Part shown: piece by piece, positions 18,546 through 27,233 of the stretch
How the letters are laid out: every line of letters begins with the position of its first letter
How positions within the stretch are numbered: position 1 is the first letter of the stretch
IMG/VR virus record: IMGVR_UViG_3300002448_000002
Location: 1,569 to 65,568 of that record
Length of the DNA: 64,000 nt
From: a virus
Reading direction: 5' to 3' (one strand)
Notes under the pieces: model-generated
Database searches by the model: none
Seen by the model: only the letters and a program-made list of their open reading frames with translations
What the model was told of the DNA's origin: nothing
Made by a program: the position numbers and the translations under genes

Positions 18546-18742
18546 CAGTGTGGATGCCTTCGTGCGGGATTATCGCACCCACCAAGACTCACAAGTGCCG
18601 CAAGAGCCCGAGGACGGCACAGCAGCACGCGAAGATTCGCGCCAAGAGGCGTCTGAGGCGGAAGACGCGTTTCATCCCCTCGAGTCAGAGGGGCAAGGAA
18701 ATGCTTCGCATTCGTCTGCTCGAGGCGGCGAATCGGACGTGA
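18542..18742 (+). CDS. Small basic hypothetical protein
   Basis: ATGA/GTGA coupling on both sides. Confidence 0.45.
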   Translation: MTVWMPSCGIIAPTKTHKCRKSPRTAQQHAKIRAKRRLRRKTRFIPSSQRGKEMLRIRLLEAANRT

Positions 18743-18948
18743 ACGTCCGGAAGGCATTGGAGACCACCGCCACCATCATTGGTGGCGTATTGGTCTGGGG
18801 CGGTTTTCTCGCAATCATCGGGGCGATTGCGTGGGGAATCGCAGCTCTCACCTCGTGGTGGTTTGTGGCGGGTGCTGGAGGGGTATTAGTCGTGGTATTC
18901 GTCGCGTGGCTGTCATTCGTGATTCAAATGGGGAGGAACTGGGGATGA
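18739..18948 (+). CDS. Small membrane protein with two TM helices
   Basis: Two hydrophobic stretches; GTG start overlaps the upstream stop. Confidence 0.55.
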   Translation: MNVRKALETTATIIGGVLVWGGFLAIIGAIAWGIAALTSWWFVAGAGGVLVVVFVAWLSFVIQMGRNWG

Positions 18949-19538
18949 TCGTGTATGACGTGGAAATCGAGCAGGCGATTCTGGGCAAGAACGAGGAACG
19001 TCTGCCGGACATTCGCTACTGTGATGGCTGGAGGGATTTCGAGGGCATGGGCATCTCCGTGATCTGTGCATACGATTCCAAGACGGAACGCTATCACGCA
19101 TTCACGAGAGGCAACTTCGACGACTTCCAGTCGTTGGTGCTCAACGACCCGTTGATCGTCAGCTTCAACGGCCTGCAGTTCGACGACAAGCTCTGCGCCT
19201 CGCAGGGGATGAAGGTCACCACGACCTATGACATCCTCAAGGAAGCGTGGGTATCGGACGGTCACCCGCCGACGTATGAAAGCGAGAAGCAGATGGGCTA
19301 CGGGCTGGACGACTTCGCCAAGGCGATGGGCCTCCAGGGCAAGGTGGGGCATGGCGCGCAGGCTCCCATCGACTGGCAGAGAGGCCGGTACGGACGGGTG
19401 ATCACGTACTGCCTGGAGGACGTTCGGCTGACGTGGAAGCTTGCGTGCTGGATTCGCATGACAGGGAGCCTGCCCAATCCTAGGGCTCCGGGACACAATC
19501 TGTTCCTGCCGCCACTGTCCGGGTTGAATCCCGCGTGA
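18945..19538 (+). CDS. RNase H-like / DEDD 3'-5' exonuclease (YprB/PolB-exo-like)
   Basis: VYDVEI, VSFNGLQFD, YDIL, GLDDFA, YCLEDVRLT (ExoI-III acidic motifs). Confidence 0.8.
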   Translation: MIVYDVEIEQAILGKNEERLPDIRYCDGWRDFEGMGISVICAYDSKTERYHAFTRGNFDDFQSLVLNDPLIVSFNGLQFDDKLCASQGMKVTTTYDILKEAWVSDGHPPTYESEKQMGYGLDDFAKAMGLQGKVGHGAQAPIDWQRGRYGRVITYCLEDVRLTWKLACWIRMTGSLPNPRAPGHNLFLPPLSGLNPA

Positions 19539-19711
19539 ACTTTCGGAAGCTCTTTGTCACCAGGTGCCGGGAGGCCGGGATACGCTATTACCTGGATCCC
19601 GGCACCTGGGAGTGGTACCGCGCGTACATTTGGTGCTTCCCTTGCACGCTCAAGCGTTGGGCTCCCCGAGTGTATGAATGGTGGTGGAGGAGGAAGGTGA
19701 GACATGTTTGA
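19535..19711 (+). CDS. Small Trp-rich hypothetical protein (58 aa, below the ORF-track cutoff)
   Basis: GTG at 19535 overlaps the upstream stop; translation MNFRKLFVTRCREAGIRYYLDPGTWEWYRAYIWCFPCTLKRWAPRVYEWWWRRKVRHV; fills the gap. Confidence 0.45.
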   Translation: MNFRKLFVTRCREAGIRYYLDPGTWEWYRAYIWCFPCTLKRWAPRVYEWWWRRKVRHV

Positions 19712-20042
19712 ATACGAATGGTCGACTCTAGACGAGGATCCCGGACCGTTTGACAGGCTTCAATGGCCCTCCTGGCTCCACGCCGCAGCAGAGAAGGTGG
19801 AGATGGTTCCAGCCAAGGGGAATCCAAAGAAGCTCGTAAGGCGTATCCCAGAGGGAGCGTTCTTTCGAGACGATGCCGCCTTGGACGTATGGCCACGCAT
19901 TCGTTTTGAGAAAGGCGAACCATATTGTATTCGCTGGTGGCTGCGAACAGCGAAGGGCGATATTGAGGTGTGGTCCGGAGACATCCTTGTGTGGTGCGCT
20001 GATGGAAGCATCTACATCAAGCGGAAGCCGGAGAGGACATGA
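19704..20042 (+). CDS. Hypothetical protein
   Basis: GGAGG RBS; coupled to the next gene. Confidence 0.55.
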   Translation: MFEYEWSTLDEDPGPFDRLQWPSWLHAAAEKVEMVPAKGNPKKLVRRIPEGAFFRDDAALDVWPRIRFEKGEPYCIRWWLRTAKGDIEVWSGDILVWCADGSIYIKRKPERT

Positions 20043-20266
20043 GCACATTCGGTGAGCTAGTCGCAATGATACTCGTAGTAGCGATTGGCATACGGGTGTC
20101 CAACATTCGTCGTCGCGTGCAGCACCTCAAGGACGTATGGAAGGACGCCCCGCCTGCATTTCACGATCCGCACAAGATGATGGTCATTATCTTCATAGTG
20201 GCCGGATTCGAAGTGCTACTAGCGTGGGTGGTGCTTAGTTTCGCCATGACGTTCGCAAACTGGTAA
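20039..20266 (+). CDS. Small membrane protein with two TM helices
   Basis: Two hydrophobic segments; ATGA coupling. Confidence 0.55.
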   Translation: MSTFGELVAMILVVAIGIRVSNIRRRVQHLKDVWKDAPPAFHDPHKMMVIIFIVAGFEVLLAWVVLSFAMTFANW

Positions 20267-20270
20267 TCCG

Positions 20271-20301
20271 CATTCCCCCTAAAGGGGAATGGTGGTACAC
20301 T
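20271..20301 (+). promoter_or_regulatory. Hairpin followed by extended -10 TGGTACACT
   Basis: CATTCCCC/GGGGAATG 8-bp stem at 20271-20291, then TGn-TACACT at 20293-20301. Confidence 0.4.
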
Positions 20302-20330
20302 GTAGTCGGCAAACGAGGATCCATGGAGCC

Positions 20331-21209
20331 ATGAAGACGACAATCACTATAGCAGGTAGCCTAGTGTCCGTAGAGGTAGACAGCGGACATCGAGTTCCAG
20401 ACATGGGGTACGAGGCACCTTGGAGGCCACCATCGTTCCGCTTCGAGAAGGCACCACAGCCGGACACCTGGAAGGCACTGTCGGAGATGGGACTCCGGGC
20501 GTACGAGGCCATACAGAAGAAGGAAGAGGCGCGGAGGCTGGACATCGGGGATTGGTTGGCTCCCAAGGAATGGGTTGTGCTATTGAAGCACGACCACAAG
20601 GAATGGATGGTTCGTGCGCTACGGGACTGTCAGTCCGAGGCAGGATGCTTGGGACCTAAATCCGAGCTTGTGAAGTGTGCAGAGAGGATACTGGGTACGA
20701 GCAGCGTGTCTTTCGATGCCAAGTCCATGGACACCCTAGAGTTCGTCCACGAGGTAGAACTAGGACGCTTCGAGACATGGACGTTCGAATGGATTGGGCA
20801 TGTGTGGCAGCTGAAGACGTACAAGATGGACTCCATACAAAACACGCACGCACGCGAGGACGAGGACGAGGATTGGAAGTGGGAGGAGGCAAAGGACATC
20901 CCTGGCACCTTGGAAAGAACAGCGGAGACTTTCACTGTAGGACTGTCCGAGTTCAATGAAGCCGAGGCGCTTCGCAATCCTCCCGTTGACATGCAAGGAA
21001 GCTGTGCGCTGGTGGACGTCGCGAGAGGCGTCCTGCCAAGGAAGGTCCAAGAAGGGGACATCTTGGTATTCGTGGACACCCGCTTGATGGTGGAGGGCAT
21101 GGTGCCTTACGATCCCATCGCCTACATGTACAACGAAACGACCAAGGTGTGGTCTAGAAGCAAGCTACCACAGGAAGAGTCAGAGTCCTACGGAGGTACC
21201 GCAGTATAG
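20331..21209 (+). CDS. Hypothetical protein
   Basis: Long ORF; ATG at 20331 with a GGAG RBS. Confidence 0.6.
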   Translation: MKTTITIAGSLVSVEVDSGHRVPDMGYEAPWRPPSFRFEKAPQPDTWKALSEMGLRAYEAIQKKEEARRLDIGDWLAPKEWVVLLKHDHKEWMVRALRDCQSEAGCLGPKSELVKCAERILGTSSVSFDAKSMDTLEFVHEVELGRFETWTFEWIGHVWQLKTYKMDSIQNTHAREDEDEDWKWEEAKDIPGTLERTAETFTVGLSEFNEAEALRNPPVDMQGSCALVDVARGVLPRKVQEGDILVFVDTRLMVEGMVPYDPIAYMYNETTKVWSRSKLPQEESESYGGTAV

Positions 21210-21323
21210 TAGAACGGTGTTCAGCCACATAGGGCACTTGTATGAGTGTTCGGCGGAAGCACTGGGGGATCATCATCCTTTGGGTGATGCTCATTTTGTT
21301 GGTGACATTGGGAGGAGGATAAG

Positions 21324-21827
21324 ATGAAAAGCAAGTGGTGGATAGTTGGAGCGCTTCTGGTCGTAGGCGTGTTGTCGTTCGGGGCGGCATACGTCTTCGC
21401 AGAGGAGGAGGACAATACGCCTATCATCCTTACCATTCCGATAGGACCCGAGGTGTCGCTTAACAGCCTGCATTGTGACAGCGTGTCCAACATGAAGATG
21501 CACATGGACAACCACGGGTTCCTTGAGATCGTCCGCACGGGCACCGGACAGTTCGCACCTGGCGCTCTCAGCTTCTTCCAGACTCCCAAGAGCGGAGGAT
21601 GGGTGATCATGTCCGGAGTGCCAGGCAGATCTGACCGGGTGTGTTTGATGGGCTACGGCGGCTACAACAAGCTGACCATTCATTTCGACAACGTTCGAGT
21701 GTTGGAGGCGATGGATCCTCCCGAGTGGAATCCAGCCGGTCTTACGACCGAGGAGGAACGCCTCCGGCAGGAACTTGAGAAGGAAATGCGGCGTCTGTTG
21801 GAAGAGGCAGCCGCAGAAGATGAGTGA
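21324..21827 (+). CDS. Secreted/periplasmic hypothetical protein
   Basis: Signal peptide MKSKWWIVGALLVVGVLSFGAAYVFA|EEE; GGAGGAGG RBS. Confidence 0.6.
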   Translation: MKSKWWIVGALLVVGVLSFGAAYVFAEEEDNTPIILTIPIGPEVSLNSLHCDSVSNMKMHMDNHGFLEIVRTGTGQFAPGALSFFQTPKSGGWVIMSGVPGRSDRVCLMGYGGYNKLTIHFDNVRVLEAMDPPEWNPAGLTTEEERLRQELEKEMRRLLEEAAAEDE

Positions 21828-21919
21828 CCCCGCGCCCTCGATTGCGCCGTGAGTGAGCGGCGCGCTACCGCACCGTATCGGGCCGGTGTATGGGGTGGCG
21901 CCCAAATCGAAAGCGCTAG

Positions 21920-21975
21920 ACTGGGGCCTTCCGTAGGAAACCGTGAAGTAAGGGGGCGGAAGGTCCCAGTTCTTT
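21920..21975 (+). terminator. Long stem-loop in a 170-bp intergenic region
   Basis: ACTGGGGCCTTCCG (21920-21933) pairs with CGGAAGGTCCCAGT (21957-21970) with one G.U; followed by TCTTT. Confidence 0.45.
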
Positions 21976-21998
21976 ACAGGCAATCAGGAGCTAGTGAG

Positions 21999-22367
21999 AT
22001 GGATGAATCCCCGTTGGTAAAGGAACGCACGGCCACCGAGCAGATGCTGCATGAGAAGTCCATCGCAGAAGGTCCCTTCGCTGGCATGACGGAGGACGAA
22101 TCCATCGAGTTCCAGCTACGTGAGTGGGTGAAGGGTAATTCCCTGCACAATCCCATCCGGGAGGAGTGCTGCCCTGACTTCTCCTGCTGCGCGCCCATAC
22201 GTACCCCGGACAATGTGCGAGAGCGGTTCGGCAACGCGACACGGGAGGAGCAGCGCGGAATGCTGGGTATGTTTCTGGGAGGGTGTATCTCACAGGCGCA
22301 GGAAAGTGGGGAGCTCCCCGAAAAGGGCATCTACATCGCAGACGGCACAGAACCGGAGGAGCACTGA
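21999..22367 (+). CDS. Hypothetical protein (ECCPDFSCC motif)
   Basis: AGGAG RBS before ATG 21999; Cys-rich HN....ECCPDFSCC motif. Confidence 0.55.
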   Translation: MDESPLVKERTATEQMLHEKSIAEGPFAGMTEDESIEFQLREWVKGNSLHNPIREECCPDFSCCAPIRTPDNVRERFGNATREEQRGMLGMFLGGCISQAQESGELPEKGIYIADGTEPEEH

Positions 22368-22368
22368 C

Positions 22369-22683
22369 ATGTTACTGAGAATGTTGGAACAGCTTGAGCT
22401 TAACACCTGGCAAAATCCGGATGAAAGAGAACCGGACCAGCACCTAATTGGAGGAAGGCAATTGAACGCATTTGACTACCAGATTCACGTGGCGGCCGAG
22501 GTGGAGGACTTCTTCGCAGCCTCGCACTTGACCAGTAGTGTGGTGCAGGACTTCTACAAGTGGACGTGTTTCATGCGCCCCGACATGGAGTTCCGCCGCG
22601 TGGACACCCGTGCGGGTCTGGTCGCTTTCGTACAGGTTTCCGAACACAACACCATCTCAGTGAGGGTGCAGTCCCATGAGTGA
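22369..22683 (+). CDS. Hypothetical protein
   Basis: GGAGG RBS; coupled gene string. Confidence 0.5.
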   Translation: MLLRMLEQLELNTWQNPDEREPDQHLIGGRQLNAFDYQIHVAAEVEDFFAASHLTSSVVQDFYKWTCFMRPDMEFRRVDTRAGLVAFVQVSEHNTISVRVQSHE

Positions 22684-22906
22684 CAAGAAAGAGGATTGGA
22701 AGCTCCACGAAGCTCGTGTGCTTCTGGCAAGAGCACACCACTACTTTGCGTCTCCGTTCGCGACTCCCTACCACAGGAGGCTAGCCGCTGACATTGACGA
22801 GTGGTTGGACAAGAACACGCCGAGGAAGAACGCGGGCGACTCCTGGCGTGTGGCTTTATTCGAAGAAAGCAAGCGAAGGGCTCCTCTGGTGCAGTCCAAT
22901 GACTGA
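22676..22906 (+). CDS. Hypothetical protein
   Basis: Overlap-coupled small ORF. Confidence 0.5.
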   Translation: MSDKKEDWKLHEARVLLARAHHYFASPFATPYHRRLAADIDEWLDKNTPRKNAGDSWRVALFEESKRRAPLVQSND

Positions 22907-23114
22907 CAAAGTGACGGAACGCTTCTTCAACACACTCGTCGAGGCGACGGACATGCCGGAGGAGATTCAGGAGGAAGCGCGGGACGTATTCTACGCGGGT
23001 CTCGCCACCATGACGGTAGTTCTTTCGAGGCCCGAGGAACAGCGTGAAAAGACTCTTGAGGTCATCCGCGTGGAACTGCAGGAGTGGCAGCTAAGCAAAC
23101 TGAAGAGGATGTAG
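22899..23114 (+). CDS. Hypothetical protein
   Basis: Overlap-coupled small ORF (RDVFYAGLA). Confidence 0.5.
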   Translation: MTDKVTERFFNTLVEATDMPEEIQEEARDVFYAGLATMTVVLSRPEEQREKTLEVIRVELQEWQLSKLKRM

Positions 23115-23116
23115 TG

Positions 23117-23356
23117 ATGGCCAAGGTAGTGGAGATTCCCACGGACCAGAAGGTCCGGCATCAGTTATGCACCATGACAATGGGCGAGTGGGCGGCCAAG
23201 GCGGAGGATGAGCAGATTGAAATGGTGGCAGTAGCAGTGGTGGTCGTAGCCCGGGACGGTGTCACACATACGGAGACCGTATCCGATGGCTACAGGGCGC
23301 CGTTGCTAGGTGCTTTGGACATATGCAAGGATGCGATTCTCAAATGGGAGGGCTAG
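23117..23356 (+). CDS. Hypothetical protein
   Basis: GAGGA RBS; ends immediately before the minor head gene. Confidence 0.5.
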   Translation: MAKVVEIPTDQKVRHQLCTMTMGEWAAKAEDEQIEMVAVAVVVVARDGVTHTETVSDGYRAPLLGALDICKDAILKWEG

Positions 23357-25402
23357 ATGGCTACCGCGCGTAGAAGGGTTCGTCCGATAGCGGAGGCAAT
23401 AGCCGATCGGACGACTGGACACTCCATAGATCTCCTGCGCTTTGACGCTGGCATACGGCGCCAGGCGCGTAACCAACTCCGGCTCCTGGAAACCGACCTC
23501 GTAGACAAGCTCAATCGGCTAGACCCCACCTCCCCGAAGCGGCTCACCACTCGGGTGCAGCGTATGGAACGGCTGCTAAAGGAAACGCGCGAGAGCATCC
23601 GAGGTTCCTATGCAAGGGTGCGCGAAACTACCAAAGGCGCTCTATACGACCTGGCGCCTGTGGAGTCGGAGTTCCTGAAAGACAGCATCAACCGCCCCCT
23701 GCGAATCGAACTCGCCACGGCTACCCCGAGTGCTGCGACATTGCGGAGCCTTGTGAATGGGACGCTCATAGAAGGGACTCCTCTCAACGAGTGGTGGGGT
23801 AATCAGAGGCAGACCACACGCCGGCTCTTCGAGGGGCAGATGCGGCAGGGCATCCTTGCAGGGGAGGACTTGGGAGCCTTGCGTCAGCGTGTGCGGGGAC
23901 GGCACACAGGACGTTTCGTTAAAGTGGATGGACGCCGTGTCGGAGTGTACAGCGGCGGCATTATGGACATCAGTCGGCGCAACGCGGACACCCTGATACG
24001 AACCGCAACGCAAAGCGTGAGCAATGACGTTCGGGCTGCCACCATTGATGCTAACAACGATCTGATCAAGGGGCGGCAGACGTTGTCCACATTGGACGGA
24101 CGGACGTCACCAATCTGTATCGCACGCAGCGGGTGGGCGTGGCTGCTCGATGGTAGTCCCGTGGCCGAAACGGGTGCGAACATTCGATATCCCGGTCCCC
24201 CTCCCTGGCACCCCAACTGTCGTACCACTGAGATCCCCCTGCTTCGCTCGTGGGAGGAGTTGTCGGGACCCAACTCCACGATATCGTCTGAAAAGCTCCG
24301 CCGGCTAGAGACGGCAGGGAGGAGGACACAGGCGAGTATGGATGGACAGGTCAGTTCGGGTCTGAACTATGAGCGATGGCTTCGTGGTAAGTCCGAGGCG
24401 TTCCAGAATAAGGTGCTGGGTCGAGGCAAGGCAGACCTATGGAGGGCAGGAGGCATCAAGAGCCTGTCGCAGTTGATAGACCAGACGGGACGTCCGATTA
24501 CCCTTGCACAGTTCCAGGCGCGCGCGGGTTTCAAGGCACGTTCAGCTACGGCGATACCTGCTGCAGAGCTTGCGAACTATAAGGTGCATCAGAAGCTGCT
24601 TGAACGTCGCAAGGCGTTGAACACTAGCAAGGCAGCGGGATCGGACGTGGCGGCTGAGATCAAAGAAAACGAGCGTCAGATTCGCGCGTCGCGCAAGCTC
24701 GGTTACAACAAGCTGCCTCCGGGATTGAAGCCTCAACCAGCAAGACTGCCTGCACCAACAACCACTGCTTCGGATTTGCAGGCTAGAGCTGATTTTGAAG
24801 CTGCTGTAGACGGTAGATACGTGGCTACTTGGCAGGCTAAGGGTGGTGCTGCAGTTGGGTCGAAGTACGTAAGTAGAGCTCGTTCTACCACGAATCTACA
24901 AAAGGTGGAGGTTACGGACGGCGAGCATTTTTGTGGTCCTGCTGCTGTGGCTGCGGTTACAGGAGCGGAAACCGGTGTAGCAGCAAATGCTTTTAGGGCG
25001 TCTCAGAAGGCACCAAGTCCTGCTCGTATTACTGCTACTATTGGTCCTGCTACGGCCAATGCGGTTTCACAATTTGGTGTCCGCGCCGAGATTTACAAGG
25101 TGAATCCTTTGGGTGCTGGACCAGCAACTAAGTTTGACAGTTTGATGGACAAATTGCCGGAGGGTAGGTACATTGCTGGTGTGGATTTTTCTTTGGGTAG
25201 AGGTCGCGGCAGGGAGGCACACTGGGTGTCAGTATCCAAAACCAGAGACGGAGGTATTCAAGTAGCAGACAATGGTTCTCTGTTTTCGAGAAATCCCCAA
25301 GCTTACAGGTCCGCAGACGGTACGCTGGATATCACCATGAAAGCGGAAATCAAAGCACGTCGGGTAACTGCGGAAGAGTTAATAGTAATTCGCAATCCTT
25401 GA
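23357..25402 (+). CDS. Minor head protein (MuF / SPP1 gp7-like) with C-terminal papain-like domain
   Basis: LIRTATQSVSN, STLDGRTS.IC, GPPPWHPNCRT, YERWLR.KS..FQ..VLG; C-terminal HFCGPAAVAAV...AHWVSV...VADNG. Confidence 0.85.
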   Translation: MATARRRVRPIAEAIADRTTGHSIDLLRFDAGIRRQARNQLRLLETDLVDKLNRLDPTSPKRLTTRVQRMERLLKETRESIRGSYARVRETTKGALYDLAPVESEFLKDSINRPLRIELATATPSAATLRSLVNGTLIEGTPLNEWWGNQRQTTRRLFEGQMRQGILAGEDLGALRQRVRGRHTGRFVKVDGRRVGVYSGGIMDISRRNADTLIRTATQSVSNDVRAATIDANNDLIKGRQTLSTLDGRTSPICIARSGWAWLLDGSPVAETGANIRYPGPPPWHPNCRTTEIPLLRSWEELSGPNSTISSEKLRRLETAGRRTQASMDGQVSSGLNYERWLRGKSEAFQNKVLGRGKADLWRAGGIKSLSQLIDQTGRPITLAQFQARAGFKARSATAIPAAELANYKVHQKLLERRKALNTSKAAGSDVAAEIKENERQIRASRKLGYNKLPPGLKPQPARLPAPTTTASDLQARADFEAAVDGRYVATWQAKGGAAVGSKYVSRARSTTNLQKVEVTDGEHFCGPAAVAAVTGAETGVAANAFRASQKAPSPARITATIGPATANAVSQFGVRAEIYKVNPLGAGPATKFDSLMDKLPEGRYIAGVDFSLGRGRGREAHWVSVSKTRDGGIQVADNGSLFSRNPQAYRSADGTLDITMKAEIKARRVTAEELIVIRNP

Positions 25403-25441
25403 AAGAGGTATAGTTAATCATAATTTGTGGGAGGTCGTGTC

Positions 25442-25717
25442 ATGGCAAGAGTGACCGTAAACTTCGCTTGGAGTGACTTTATTGATTCCAAGCTCTATGT
25501 GCTGGCGTCAATAGATTCCAGCGGACGGGAGTCTTGGACTAATTTGTCCATCTCCGAGCAGCAGTTGATGGTGGACGATATCGTAGTTGACGAATCGGCC
25601 GACGGTTTTTTCTACGTGGGTGTCGTTCAAGAGGATGGTTCCATGTCGTGGGACTCCAAGCACACGACACTGGAAAGGGCACGCGAGCAAGGGGTGAAGA
25701 GGTCCCGGGAGGAGTAA
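25442..25717 (+). CDS. Small acidic hypothetical protein, candidate partner/immunity gene for the MuF extension
   Basis: Directly downstream of MuF with a GGAGG RBS; C-terminal WDSKHTTLERAREQ. Confidence 0.5.
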   Translation: MARVTVNFAWSDFIDSKLYVLASIDSSGRESWTNLSISEQQLMVDDIVVDESADGFFYVGVVQEDGSMSWDSKHTTLERAREQGVKRSREE

Positions 25718-25718
25718 C

Positions 25719-25970
25719 ATGCTGTCCAAAGAACACCTCGACTTTCGATTGACCACGATTGCAGGTATCCTAGTAGGTCAACTGGAGGGTACCTGCTGCA
25801 TGTCGGAGCCCAAGCAGTTTGAGGGCCGACATGGTGATCGCATCCGGGAGCTCGTGGATGAAGACATCTTCGTGTGCTCGGAGTGTGGATGGTGGTGTTC
25901 AAACAGCGAGATGGATGATGAAATAGATCTCGGCCCCAGGTGTCTCGAATGTGCGGAGGATCAATCATGA
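25719..25970 (+). CDS. Small Zn-finger protein
   Basis: CSECGWWC and CLEC. Confidence 0.55.
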   Translation: MLSKEHLDFRLTTIAGILVGQLEGTCCMSEPKQFEGRHGDRIRELVDEDIFVCSECGWWCSNSEMDDEIDLGPRCLECAEDQS

Positions 25971-26329
25971 GCAGGTTGGAATTGTTGGTCAGCATCGTTC
26001 TGGTCGTAGTGTGTCTGACGCTTGTGGTGGTGCTTAACAAAGCAGTAGCACAAGACGTCCAGCACGAGGTGCAGTCACGAGTCATGCTGCCGTGCTTCGA
26101 AGTACAGGCGCACATGGTGGTGTCCAGGAATCCTGGTGTCAGGTACGACAAGGCGTATGGGGAGGTGCTGAAGCGAGCGAGTAGTAACTCAGCTACCCAA
26201 TCCTTGCAGAGGGAGATAGAGTTGGCGGTGACCAAGACACCCCTCTCTTTTCGTCCCAATATGTACGACTTCTTCTTCGGTATGTGCGTTCGGAACGCTT
26301 TGAAGGCATTGATAAGGAATCGGCGATGA
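25967..26329 (+). CDS. Hypothetical protein with N-terminal signal/TM segment
   Basis: Hydrophobic N-terminus ending KAVA|Q; ATGA coupling. Confidence 0.55.
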   Translation: MSRLELLVSIVLVVVCLTLVVVLNKAVAQDVQHEVQSRVMLPCFEVQAHMVVSRNPGVRYDKAYGEVLKRASSNSATQSLQREIELAVTKTPLSFRPNMYDFFFGMCVRNALKALIRNRR

Positions 26330-26640
26330 AAGCCATTATGGCAATCGCAGCGTCCTTGATGATACCTCGGGACTTGCTTCGCGAGGTAAACGAAGTGGAG
26401 CGTGAGCAGCGCAGGCTGACAGAGATGCTGCCTGAGGAATGCAACATTGAGTGGATGAAAATATGTGGAGGCATCGCTCAAGGTTCCACCACTCAAAAGA
26501 CGGCGGACGTGATTCACAGATTGTCCACCAATCTGATGCTTGGGTTGCCCATTGAGGAGGCAATCTCCGCTACCAAGGAACAGGTGCAGGAAGAGGACGA
26601 TTTCTACCGCCAATACGGGTTCAAGAGGGGGATGATATGA
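26326..26640 (+). CDS. Hypothetical protein
   Basis: ATGA coupling on both sides. Confidence 0.55.
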   Translation: MKAIMAIAASLMIPRDLLREVNEVEREQRRLTEMLPEECNIEWMKICGGIAQGSTTQKTADVIHRLSTNLMLGLPIEEAISATKEQVQEEDDFYRQYGFKRGMI

Positions 26641-27233
26641 CCATTGTAGTTGGAGTGCGGGTGGATGACACCATAGTGCTGGGCAGTGACAGCCAGGCAC
26701 ACATGGGTGCTCAGAAGGTACCTCAGAACAAGTTGGTGTCCACTACATCGGGTGAGCTCATAGTTGGAGTAGCAGGGCTCGCGATCTACAACAACTTGCT
26801 GCTTAAGTACATGAACAGTGTTGAGCACAAGGTGCCTGTGTCGAAAGGTGAAGTGGTGGATTGGGTATTTGAGTTTTACGACTTCTGCAAACGTGTATAT
26901 GGATTGCAGAAGAGTTACGAAGACGAAATGTACCGGTTTGGCGACGTGGTGTGTGGTATGGTCATTGGTACGCGTGGAGGTTTGTTCCACGCTGGGCGGA
27001 GCTTCGACATCACGGAATACCCGGACTACATCGCCGAGGGCAGCGGGGCGGACTACGCTACGGGTGCTGGATACATCCTGAGTAAGCAGAAACGGCGTAT
27101 GAACAGACAGGGCGTAATCTCAGCCGAGGCTACCGCTTTGTACAAAGCTGAGCACATGGTGCAGGCAGCATGCCACCATTCCATCGAGTGTGGAATGCCT
27201 GTGAACACACTTTCTTTGGAGGTGAGCGTGTGA
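26637..27233 (+). CDS. Ntn-hydrolase, proteasome beta / HslV-like peptidase
   Basis: N-terminal MTIVVG (Thr1 after Met removal), GSDSQ, NK, VGVAG, AEGSGADYATGA. Confidence 0.75.
   Translation: MTIVVGVRVDDTIVLGSDSQAHMGAQKVPQNKLVSTTSGELIVGVAGLAIYNNLLLKYMNSVEHKVPVSKGEVVDWVFEFYDFCKRVYGLQKSYEDEMYRFGDVVCGMVIGTRGGLFHAGRSFDITEYPDYIAEGSGADYATGAGYILSKQKRRMNRQGVISAEATALYKAEHMVQAACHHSIECGMPVNTLSLEVSV

Noticed and set aside
21844-21915. Hammerhead ribozyme (TGAGTGAG ... CGAAA)
   Set aside because: The core does not fit CUGANGA and no short stem II joins it to GAAA.
23858-23869. Additional partial copy of the dispersed motif (GCAGGGGAGGAC)
   Set aside because: Only 12 bp, inside MuF coding sequence (AGED); may be chance, so not counted.
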